DNA from: Takakia lepidozioides
Lineage: Eukaryota > Plantae > Bryophyta
NCBI GenBank assembly: GCA_030704615.1
Contig: JAKLZA010000322.1
Location: 1 to 31,779, forward strand
DNA: 31,779 bases
Direction of reading: 5' to 3'
A program made the translations under genes and the position numbers. Under the pieces are notes generated by a model, which was given only the letters and a program-made list of their open reading frames with translations, was not told where the DNA came from and ran no database searches. Of the stretch, positions 1-11,610 are shown piece after piece (within the stretch, counting starts at the first letter, position 1; each line of letters begins with the position of its first letter).

Positions 1-1123
1 TTGAACATACTCTACAAGTCCATGTATATTAACTTATGGAGGAGTTGTGGAAAACAAGAACTAAGGGGCATATGGCCCTTTCTGGAGGTTCACCAAGCAA
101 TGATCAGATCACCACTCGCTGCAACGACCAAAAACGGACTTGGAAGAATGAGAAGTGCTTAAAGCAGGAAAATCTTAGATAGGTCCTACTATTTGTCTAG
201 ATAAATTTATTTATTCAATCTGATGTTGCAGTGTCATTCCACTTTCTTTGGCATTGGCCACTGTACAGACAAGATTGATGCCCCAGCATGAGATCTAAGA
301 GGACTCGTCAAATTCTGCAGAATGATATGCAGCAATGTTGTTTGACGTTTTGCAACAATCAGTTGGCAAAGACTCAAATCAGACAGGATATTTTGTATCC
401 AGGCTACATGTTAGGGCTACTATTTCCTTCTCGAAGGTTGCTCACGAACATAGGGAGGAAGAGGATTGCAGAGTCTAAGATTCGTTGCTTAAGCACAAAC
501 CCTCATTCTCTCAATGCTGGCTGTGGGAGGGCCCAAGATGGAAAGTTACTGATATGGCTGTACTTCTCATGCCTTGCAAGTCAAGAAAACAACAATGGCC
601 AAGCCTTGGAAACCACACGCATAAAGGGGAGACATGCATAAAGTAGAGAATCCTGTCCACAAATACTTGTCTGCTCAGTTTTGTATGAATTATAGCACAA
701 TTTCCTTTCTCCTTGGTGAAATTTCCATCGTTTCGCCTCCTGGTGAACTTACTTGCCTTCTGCCAGTACTAGAGCTCTGTCCCTCAGTGTGGAATGATTC
801 TAGTTCCTCAGCCCTTGTCTTTGATCTACATGAAGCACTAGAAATCCTCAAAAACTACCAAGGGGTGAGGACAGAGAAGTTGAGGAGCTGCCGAAGTTCT
901 TATGTTAGTAGTTCTTGGATGCAGTTCAAGCTATGAACAAAGACCGGTTCTGGCAGGACTTCTCGGATCCTTCACGGCAGTGGGACAACAATTGGGACAC
1001 CAATTTGGAGAAGCTAAGGCTATAATCTTCATGAAAATGAAACATTTAGTCAAATGGCCTGTGACTGGATTGTATCTCCAGTTGCTTACTGATAATATCG
1101 GATGCTTGGAACATTGGTGGTTG

Positions 1124-1752
1124 TAGCATAGTCTGTGCAAGGCTGTAAATGAACCTATGGCTGCTCAAGGGCCCAGTGATGGTTTTTACAGAGAAGTCCA
1201 AGAATACCAGACTTAAGAGTAAATTGTGCATAGGAGGTCCTTTGGATTGAAAGGTGGTTGAGGTGATTAAAACAGAACTAGCTGCTATCATACAAGTTCA
1301 AGAACAATCTGGCGATGGTTCTAATTTCAATGTACACCATGCAGCTCCACGTCGAGAATTTCAGAGGTATTGTAGATGATGATGATTCAAGGGTGCCAAC
1401 TCAACCAGACGTACTTGCGTACAGCTTATTCTCAAAGTCGATAACTTGGTACTTTTGTAATCCTGTTAGTATGTAGCGAGAAATTTTCCTTGTGAAAGAG
1501 ATCTGTCTTAAAATTCTAGGAGCTGCTATATGAATCGAGCACTTGAGAAAATTTGTAACTAAAGTATTGAGTCTGTGGGATTGAAACAGGCAAAGTTATT
1601 TCTTGGGACTTCAGACTGGTGGCGGGGGTAGCTTCTCCGCCATTGCTTTTGAAAGAGGACCAAGAGAGGGAGTCAACAAGAAATGTTCTGGTTCTTGTGG
1701 AGAAGGGAGGACTCTTTGTAGGGCAGGGCGACTGAAAGAGGCACTACACCTA
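1124..1752 (+). pseudogene. Degenerate 5' fragment of a PLS-PPR gene, paralogous to the reverse complement of ~11120-11721
   Basis: Direct DNA similarity to the minus-strand PPR 5' region. ggtttttacag|agaagtccaa matches ggtttcacag|ggaagtccaa. GAA CTA GCT GCT ATC ATA CAA GTT matches GAG CTA GCC GCC ATT ATA CAA GTT (ELAAIIQV, synonymous changes only). FERGPREGV...GRLKEALHL matches VERGAREEV...GRLKDTLHF. The start codon appears mutated (ATG>AGG), there are indels, and similarity stops before the PPR array. Confidence 0.75.
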
Positions 1753-3247
1753 ACTTATGGCGTCACTCGACCCCAAAGGGCTACCACCTTCCTGTGGGAA
1801 GGTAGACATCTTTATGACATTTAACATTTGGTTAATCCAGAACCACTAGAGAGGCGGCTTGGGCCCTTACTAATGGGCTAAATGTGGGTTGTTTAATTCC
1901 GTGAAAATTATGAAAGAAGACACAATTTGACATATGTAAGCAGTGAAATCATGGAGTCCTTGTTGCAGAGCAAACAAGTGTGCAAGTATCAAGAAACCCT
2001 GAGGTAGAAGGGTTGAAAGTTTTGCAGCAAACTCTGAACCGGGTTTCCCACATGATTGAGGAAGTCTTGTATTTCATGATCACTCCCAGCAAAGCCAATA
2101 ACAATACTAGTACCGAACACTGAATGCCACTGCTGCAAACATTCTTGACTTGACAATCTGGCGTGAGAGTAAATATTTTGTTAATTCATGTAGCCTAGCA
2201 TAAAAAGTTACAAATTTTCATGGCCATATCCCATTGATCTGAGAGGTTGAGCTCAGTACAAAATTGTCATGCTATTGTCTTTATTGTGTGAAGCTAAGAT
2301 GTGGTCAGTCAATTGTGACCAACATTTATAGCTTTGTATGCATAATTTCCGTGTTGTTATACACCAAGAGTTGCAATGATGGAGATTTTTTGGTTCTCTT
2401 CCTGGTGGATTTCCTGGCTGCTTTGTGTTAAGGAACAATTTGCAAAAGCAAGTGTGAATGAGAGCATAGTAACATTACCAAACCTGCAGAGAAAGCAAGA
2501 TGTGCAAGGTCTGCCGATTGCTGATGTAGACATCAAAGTTAAGTTGAACACATTAAAGAACACTGTAGGCACACAAAATTGCATCTCAATTGAGGGATTT
2601 TGAAGCCTTGGCAGAACAACTACTCTCATACTTCTCTGTCACAGACTTAAATCTGTTCCTGCTTTCGAGCTGGAAACCAAATCGCCAGAATCTACTTCTC
2701 AAACCAGGAGAGATGGAAGGAAACTCTGATCCCTCAACAAACACCGGCGTACGTTTGTCTGGTATTTGGCCTTCTGACTTAATGTTTTGGTGCCAAGTAC
2801 GTTACTTTTCTGTACTTTCTCACTTGGGACTCCGACACTTGGGACTCCGAGGTTCACTTTTGATCCCAGATGTATTCTCCACCCTCCTCGCACCATGGTT
2901 GCTGTCATGTGCCATTGTCAACTATTGTCAATTGCCATGTTCATAACATGCCAGGATATAGGAGACCTCCTGAGTCTCTCTTTCTCATTCTCTTATATCA
3001 TTTTTGTGTGGTTTGGACTCGAACACCAGCTTTCTCTGGGCCTTCAGTAAATTGTGGCCTAGTCTCATAGTAAGTTGTGGCATAGTCTTTGCGACTTCAC
3101 TCACAAGTGAAGGTTTCAAACTCCAGGAATTCATTTTCTTTTTGTGTTGTTGAGTGCAATTCTCCTACAATAAGCTTTTTGCACATATAGACATATAGAT
3201 CAGACCACATATAACAATTGCAGACTGAGAAATAACAAATGCAAGTC

Positions 3248-6200
3248 TTACCCAGCAGAAGAGCAATGAGGGTGCAGGGTCTTTGGCGTACTAGCTCCAG
3301 AACTCTGTCCTTTCCATCTTCTTCTCGCCCGGGCCATCAAGACCCGAGCCCTGTTGCCTGTGATTGATTGAACAAACTCAATTTTCAGTTCGATTCTGTA
3401 GATGTTTGCTGGTGTAAGGACACATTGTCTGAGAATGGGCCCGTTACAATTTCAGAAGTATCAAATCACCACAGCACCTAACATGGAATATTAGAGATGT
3501 ACACCTTGTTGACAATTGGGTTGCTATGCCTTAAGGGCCATCAGCTCTGCAAGGAAGATGATTGCTCTGTTTGAGAATGTGGATGCATCTATGTTGTATA
3601 AGCTTGTTTCTGCTCCGTAGCTTTCACAAGAAAATTTTGGTCAAAAAATAGGTTTTACAGTTGTGCTTGAGGACAAATGCAGACGACGGATAGATGTATA
3701 TGTTCACCCCTATGCAGTAGCGTACTACCCTTCACAGAGGCAAGTGTCGGATTAAATCCACCAGGGCAGCAAGCATCCACATTCACACAGGTGACAACAG
3801 ACCCTAACAGGTGTTGAGTGTTGATATACGAGCTGGCATGTCATGGCCTGTACTTAGCTCAAATGCAACACATGTGACCATGTTACACACTTTACAATGA
3901 GAACAGTGACCATAGCCCTCTGGTTACCACAGATCGCTGTGATTACACTGTCTGTCACACCATGGGTACTTAGAGCGGGAAGAGGAGTGAGAAGGGGGGG
4001 CGGAGACAATGGTGCAAGACTAGAATTACCATAACGGAGTTGGCCTTGGCGGGCGAAGTATACAAAACCACATGCTACCATCCAGTCCGATGCACTGAAA
4101 TCTTTCACCCTCTGCATCCCGAAATCCAATCATCTGGAATTGGGTTATGTGCACTCGGAAAGAAGACACCCTAGAACAGAGTTCTATAAGCATGTAGCTG
4201 GAAAGGCACTGCTTGAAGATTGCTTCTTTGTCAAGAGCTGAGAAGGTCTTACAGTACATTTTGTCACAACTTCAAGCTGACTCTGAAGTTATTCCATCAG
4301 CAGTTTCATCTCAAAAGACAACATTACCTCAGCAACACCCCTTATGCCAGTGGGGTATTCTTTTACATTTTTCCCTCCGTTTGCTGACCATCCTGCAACA
4401 GACACCCCCACAGAAACTAAGTGTCCCATGAAGACCTCATGTGCTGGAGTCCAGTATGTATAGGGCACCTAGACAAGCTCAACTGGATGGGGTACCAGCT
4501 GATATTGAGGAAAAGATGAACTTCGCAAACACAACCACACATCATACCAGAGGCTTTCCTGCCAAAGTCCATTTCCAAGAAACACCAAGTTCCAAACGAC
4601 CCACTGGCAAGCTACTTAAATGTCCCTTGACGTATAAGATGGCTTGTTTTATACCCATGGTGGATACAACCACTGATCACCTGAACCTTTGATTCATTTA
4701 TGATGCAAGGATTGTGAGCTAGAGGGGGTGGAATACATGCCATACCAATCTGGATCAGGCTATACTCAAGGCCACAACTCCCTTCCAGAATATGGTCATC
4801 CATCACTGAATAAAAGCCCTAGCATCCCTCACATGATCACAAATTAGTGGATGCTGCACTTAAATGTGGAATGAGAATTTTCCTGTGAGAACGTCTGAGC
4901 TCATGAAGAAGTGCAAAGACCAGCAGGCATCAGAATCTGTCAGGGAGCCTCAGAGTGGACTCAATAAAGTTTCTTTCATTCTTTCTCTCTATCATCAGGC
5001 GTGAGCTGATGGAACTTCATATTAGTCGGACCTGGAAACCAGTCCATCTATGGGGAGACATTCTTGGTCCTACGCAATGATAGAATCTTACAGCCCAATG
5101 ACTTGTTTGCAACTCTATCTCCATCTCTTTTAAGGGCATAGCGAAGGCGGGTTCCCACAGGCTGCAGACGGAGACTGATAGGTGGGACAACCTGCAGCAT
5201 GCTGACTGCTTGCGCTAGAGATGACAGGAGGGAAACTGAAGGATGTTTCTTCTTTCACTGTCCTCTCTACTATTAGATCCGGGGGAGATACTATTGCCCA
5301 ACCAAGATAGCCAATCCCTTACAGAGGTGTTCCACTACAACGATCAGAAATACTTGGCAGCACATCTGCTGGAGGTGTGAAATCTTAGACAACCCTTAAT
5401 CAAGGGTTATTTCTGGGCTGCTCATTGAGGGCCCCACTCCCTTTCTTGTTTCCTGCTTCCCCTGGTCCTGTAAGCTCTTCGAGCTTTCCACGGAAGTTAT
5501 GACATGTCTGTAGTGTCATTCTCTCTTAATCAGAATTGAGACTTGTGCTGAGGGGGTTGAAATTGTAGCAAACTAGTGCCATTGTGGTGCTGGACATTTA
5601 GTATCACTGATGTGCAAAGGTGCATGAAATATAATTGGTTTTGTGCATGGTATATGTACAAAATGTCCAGTCATCACTAAAGTCTCATTCCTAGAGGAAT
5701 TCTAGTAATGAGCCCAAAATAGGCGTACCTCACAGATAATTGAAGTCTCATCAAAGCGAAGATGTCTAGGCAAATCTGTGTCACATCGCCATCGTGTGTT
5801 TCGGCCATCAGGTCTTATGTTTATACACCGCACCATCTCTGTCCCTCTCAAAAAAAATGTTGTCTCAGCAACTGCAACTCACACCTCTTCATTTGCAACA
5901 TTGACCAGCTTGAGACAATGCCCCATGTCAGCCCATGACGTCAAATCCTTCTATCTCTATATGTGGCTCTGGCTAAGACTCCTCAAATCCAATGTGTCTC
6001 TCTTCATACAGATGTTCACTATTCACTTGCCCCATCCTTCTCCTCAACCCTCAGCCCTCTCCCACTGTGTTCTCTCTATCAATGCCCCTGCTATGTATCG
6101 TGATTGCATGCATGAAACAAGTTTACTTTTCAAATCCCTTGTACATTATCCAGGGCATTCCAGTTTACTCTGCTGCATAGGCCAGTCACCCAAAATTCAT

Positions 6201-6676
6201 CAGTGAAACAAGTTTTTTGGGGGTCCAAATGAACTAATGACTGCTCCCACTCTCCAACAATGAAGGACAGTTTGGTAGAGGGGAATGAGGTGCACTGACG
6301 TAGATAAGCAGCAAACATCGAGGCTCGCAACTTACCATAGGGTAGATCAAACCCTAGATCTGAGTGGTGAGGTGACCTGCAGCTGGAGACATGAAAAATG
6401 GATAGTGTGCTAGCGGTTGAACAGGTCGAAGAAAAGAATATCAATAGGCTGAAAATATGGCCCGGACATACCAGGCTCAAAATCACAGCCCTTTAAACAC
6501 CTGAGCTGAGGAATGGGCGACGATCTTCGGTACGTGGTATCACGGCCTTTGTAGAAAAACAAAGTCTTCGCACTTTCCAGAAGAAAAGGCCGCCCATGGG
6601 GCGTGTATTGTCCCCTCACCCCTCCCATTACTAGTATGGCTACAATCAATGCATGCAACCCCTTCCTCCATGGCAT
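3248..6676 (-). CDS. SARAF: SARAF/TMEM66-like (DUF1183) protein, ~214 aa. Exons 6676-6472, 5838-5729, 4818-4746 (well supported); 4392-4328, 4111-4030, 3357-3248 (tentative)
   Basis: Phase-compatible GT-AG exons give MPWRKGLHALIVAILVMGGVRG (signal peptide) then QYTPHGRPFLLESAKTLFFYKGRDTTYRRSSPIPQLRCLKGCDFEPEMVRCINIRPDGRNTRWRCDTDLPRHLRFDETSIICEGFYSVMDDHILEGSCGLEYSL. This matches recalled SARAF motifs TTxRRxxPIPQLKC, QWECKTDL and CEGY...VLRGSCGLEY, with all six Cys present. An alternative in-frame ATG lies at 6697. The 3' exons rest only on splice sites and frame. Confidence 0.8.
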
Positions 6677-9057
6677 ATCCCGTGTAATCCAATTCATCGA
6701 AGTGGGAACCTCCTCCCACTGACACAGACTGCCAGCCAGCAAGCTTGAACTTTCCTGCAGCTGCTAAGTAAACACACCTTCTATGCGTCTCTCCCTCCCT
6801 CTTAATCAAACACCCAGCACTTATCTTCTCAATCCAGTCTGGTCCTCTCATCCATTTGCAAATGTTTTCCAAAAGTTGTCTGCAGGACTTCTCCGAAGTA
6901 CGTCCTCTCCAGTCTCCCGGGCTTACACATACCCAGATGCGCTATGAGTGGCAAGATTTGAGTGTAACCCAACTCATGATTTCAGGAACATACACCAGGA
7001 TAGATGCAAAATTTGCAAAAAACGCTTGCATTTGCACCGTCGTCACTGAACCTTCGAACTAGGAACGCAGGCCAACAGTCGTCAGCCTCGAGTACTACCT
7101 TATTGCCATTTGGATCGCGCTGTCGAGATGCAGGGAGGTGTGGCCAAACCCGCACAAGATCATTGCCACTGCACGACGGTTCCCACTGGATTGAACGTTT
7201 TCTAATGAAATGCTCCCTATCAAAAACTGGCCACAGCTTATATCATGGGCGAACGTTAAGACAGATGTGTTCCCATTGCGCTCTAGTGAAACAGCCCACA
7301 TTCTCAAATCCCCCATGACAAAAGAATTTGCTTTGGTACTCCGCCATCCTGTCTCTCGACCTGAATTTGAATGAGCAGGAGGAGGTACATAGCTGAGGAG
7401 CTAGGCCGGTCGATGGAGCCCACCTTCATCCCCTGGGCTCATGGATTGTCATCTTGCATGACAACAGCTCCTCCTGTAATTCCAACCATAGCTCTGAAGC
7501 TTTCGAAGCATGCAATTGTGTACTTTGAAAAAGACGACGGAGGAAACCTTGTCGGATTCCCTCCAGCATTACATATCGATCAAAGAAACAGAACAGATTC
7601 ACAGTCCACAGGCTCATTACATGGGATCTAGAAAAGAAAGGAGTACTGACTTTGTTGGGGAGGAGTTGGTGGTATTTGCAGTTGTAACATAAATGCATAG
7701 GGACATACACTGACTGAGAGTGTGCTGCATTTTGTGAAAGGATGAAGATCATGAGCCCGCATGTTCTTCTCTGCTCACAATGTGGATCCATCCTGGCCAT
7801 GTCATCTTTAAAGAGATGGGTTAACCAAAATGGGCGGTGAATCAGGAGGGGCCTCTTCCTGACAGCCTTCGGGAGAACTTGTGGGAGAACTTGTGGGTAT
7901 ATGGCCACAAGGCACAGCAACTGAGTACCATGATCAATGATGGTCTCGGCGATTGCGGACCCAAAAATCAACTCTTCTGTGAGGTTGCAGACAGACAAGT
8001 ATATTATATTCAGAATATCCATACTTACATCAGGGAATGCACAAAGCAAGGAGTTCGTTCACATCTGCTTCCTCATCAAAATGATCCAATAATACATCCT
8101 TAAAATGGCAACCTTCGAAAACGTTATATTTTCAGACGTGTCCTCAACTCATGTATCGATAACTGTTTGCCACATGGCATCTGCCAGGTGGCTGTCAGCA
8201 TATGTTCCAACACAATGATATTGATCTCCAGCGATGCTCCCAGGGGTGGTCACATCTGCACAAACCATACCAAAATTTTATTTTCACTTGAGAGCATGAA
8301 TGAGAAACACACCCCTCACCGCATCTGATATCCACTTCAGCAGTCTAAGCAAATATCTAGAAGCCACTAAAGATGTATATCAGCACAAAAGGCAGCGGCG
8401 CCAAGATAAGTACTTTCTCTTCTTCCACATCTCGAAACCCCACTGCAGCGGTGTCTCTATTAGGGCACAAACTTTGCCTTTAGGATGATATGGGCAATGA
8501 ATGTCAAAAATTGCATCATTGACCAGTGTGGGTACATGGCATCTGCAATCTATCCCCAACCAACGAACAGAGTCAATTACACAAAGACAAAGGAAAACAC
8601 CACGCATCTGCACAGCTTTTAAATCTGACATTTTGATGTATTTCTAGTATTATACTTGGGGTTAGATCATCTCAATTATTTATTTGAGCTACATCGCAAT
8701 CGCAAGAGGAAGGAGAGATCAGTAGTGACACTTCAGAGTCCAGCAGTAGCATTTCCACTCTGGAACATCAACATGTAAAAACAGCAGCTCACTGTTGAGA
8801 GTCTCATTTTTACCAGGTAAGAGTTCTACTAACAGGTATGATCACACAGGGGGAGACAGAGGGTATCCAATTATTTGCATAGGGAGGTGTGAGGAGTTCC
8901 AAATACTAGGCCTCCTAAGCTCCATGCTGGTGGGAAACTTGGCAAGGGTCCCACCTTCTCCGTTGACTATATGTAAATCTCTGGAGTACTTGAGGATTTC
9001 ATACCTTAAACAGCAGCGTCACAAGAACATCATGCACTTCTTTTCATATGGCTTGTT

Positions 9058-11610
9058 TCACCAGTAATCCCCACAAGAACAAACCCCGTCTTGGAAGTGG
9101 TGAAAGCGGTTGGCATCCCTTACAACAACTGCTCGCCCAACAAGCTTTGAGATGAACTTGGTGGCGGTGTGACAGTCACCACACACCCGGAGGTTCTTGA
9201 TGACACGGATAGGTGTCCCAGGGGCCATGCTTATGAGTCCGAAAGAAATGGCCAGCCTCTCACTGTGGTAGCAAAGACAGATTTCCTTTCGCTCCTCCTC
9301 CACATCACGCAATAAAAACCGTGTCTCGGGCACGTACCCAGCCTCTTTCATTTGCCAAGTCAGTCTCTTCAGCTCAGCATGGATTTCCTCAATTTGTGGA
9401 TGCAACTCGTCTTCTACCACAAATGTATGCACCTGGTTGTTGACCTCGATGCAGCTGCGCCCTGGCTCCTTTCTGATCCCTCTGTCCTCCATCATTTTCC
9501 TCACCTTTGCTTTATCCTCCCACCTGCCAGCCGCCGCATATATGTTCGAAAGCAGCACATAAGTTGCAGCATCCTGTGGATCCCGATCCAAAAGGCATTT
9601 TGCAGTATGTTCTGCTAACTTCACATCACCATGAATTCTGCACGCACCAAGCAAGGCCCCCCACACCGAAGCATCTGGTTCAACTGGCATTTTATTAATG
9701 AAGTCTTCTGCCTCATGCAATCGCCCTCCACGGCCAAGAAGGTCCACCATACTGCCAAAATGCTCCACTGCAGGACTGAAGCCATGATCTCGACTCATGG
9801 AATCAAAGTAATGACGCCCTTCATCCACAAGGCCCATATGGCTACATGCACATAGAACACATGTAAATGTGATACCATCCGGCTTGAAACCTTCACGTTT
9901 CATTTGTTCAAATAGACGAAGGGCCTCTATTCCACACCCATGCTGAGCATATCCTACAATCATTGCATTCCATGACACCACATCTCTGTTGGCCATATTG
10001 TCGAACAATTGACGTGCTTCGTTCATGTTCCCACATTTTGCATACATGTTGACAAGGGCAGTCTTCAGAATGACATTTGGCACAATGCCAGCTTTCACAA
10101 TGGCAGTGTGAACCTGTTTGCCCTTTTCCAGGGCCCCTAGGCTGGCACACGCATCGAGAACGCAGGTGAATGTGACCCTGTCAGGCGTGAACCCTTCCTG
10201 TATCATTTGCTCATAGGTGTCGAAGGCCTCCCTACCACACCCTTGCTGGGCATATCCTGCAATCATCACGTTCCATGAGACCACATTTCGTTTTGCCATT
10301 TTGTTGAACACTTCATGTGCGTCGTTGATGCTCCCGCATTTGGCATACATGTCAGCAAGGGCAGTCTCCAGAATGATGTCTGGCTGAATTCCAGCTTCCA
10401 TGATGGCAGTATGGACCTGTTTGCCCTTATCTAAGTCCCCTAGGGTGGCACATGAATTGAGAATGCAAGTGAATGTGACCCTGTTGGGCGTCACCCCTTC
10501 TTGTATCATTCGCTCATAGATATCCAAAGCCTCCTTACCACACCCATGCTGAGCATATCCTGCAATCATTGCATTCCATGAAACCACATTTCGTTTAGCC
10601 ATATTGTCGAACACTAGACGTGCATCCTTTATGCTCCCGCATTTGGCATACATATCAGCTAGGGCAGTCTCCAGAATGATATCTGGCTCAATTCGAGCGT
10701 CCATGATATCAGCATGAATGTTTTTGCCTCGTTCGAGAGCCCTGAGGCTGGCACATGCATTGAGAATGCAGACAAAGGTGACCTTGTTGGGCACCACCCC
10801 CTCCCGTTGCATTTGCTCATAGATCTTGAAAGCCTCCCTACCACACCCATCTTTGGCATATCCCACAATCATTGTATTCCACGTAAACATATTTCGTTCA
10901 GGCATTTTGTCAAACACTTGTCGTGCATCCACCACACTCCCACACTTAGCATACATATTGACAAGGGTGTTTAGCAATGAGATGCTTGGCTTGAATCCAC
11001 TCTGGATAATGTGGGCATGCACCTGTTTTCCCTCTGTTAGGTCTTTCATATTGATGCACTCCAGCAAGACACTGACGTAAGTATGGAAATCTGCCTGCAT
11101 GCCTTGTTGGTTCAAAAAATGCAGCGTGTCTTTCAGTCGTCCTGGCTTATGTCGTGTCACCTCATCCTCAGAAGTGGCGGAATTCCTGCTGACCTCCTCT
11201 CTTGCACCTCTTTCAACAGTAGTAGTGAGAATGGAGGTGCTACGCCTGTCACCAGTATGATGTTGAACAAACTGATCTTGGTGCAACCCTGCCATCCTGC
11301 ATGCCTTGTCAGATACAGACATTTGACTCAGAGTTGCAGAGCACTGCACAGCTCCTCAACACTTCAATGAAAAATATCGGGCTTGTTGATGCATATTGAC
11401 AGGGATACAAACTACTGTAGGTACATCATGTGTTTAAGTTAGAAATCTTGAATCATGATCATGACAATACCTGTTGTATTCTCGGTGGGGAGCTCCATGA
11501 CGTACTGATACATTAGAACCACCGAAACATCGTGCTCGAACTTGTATAATGGCGGCTAGCTCTGCTTTCACCGAAGCAGCTTTCAACCTAGCCCCCCATG
11601 CAAATGACAT
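9058..11610 (-). CDS. PLS-class PPR protein with E1/E2 and DYW cytidine deaminase domain (organellar C-to-U editing factor). Exons 11610-11471 and 11296-9058 (~792 aa)
   Basis: The 763-aa ORF 9058-11349 carries 14 P/L/S motifs, E1 ([11 protein letters not shown]), E2, PG box [18 protein letters not shown] and terminal CSCGDYW. The upstream exon [32 protein letters not shown]...EYNR is preceded by an in-frame stop, ends AG|gtattg and fits the acceptor gcatgcag|G at 11297/11296. The main ORF is certain; the 5' exon is of moderate confidence. Confidence 0.95.

Noticed and set aside
288-1126. Short plus-strand ORFs of 74-117 aa
   Set aside because: No family motif; at most weak similarity to the PPR upstream non-coding region.
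2821-2850. cacttgggactccga x2, considered as a CRISPR-like or element repeat
   Set aside because: Only two adjacent 15-bp copies with no spacers, in a eukaryotic context.
7426-8049. 207-aa minus-strand ORF
   Set aside because: No recognisable motif and no supporting exon structure; it includes a 12-bp tandem duplication (PQVL x2). Treated as spurious or UTR.
9352-11370. Plus-strand ORFs overlapping the PPR gene
   Set aside because: Antisense shadows of the PPR coding sequence.
11356-11436. TAA/TGA stops repaired by U-to-C editing
   Set aside because: Such editing is known for organellar, not nuclear, transcripts, and splicing explains the stops more simply.
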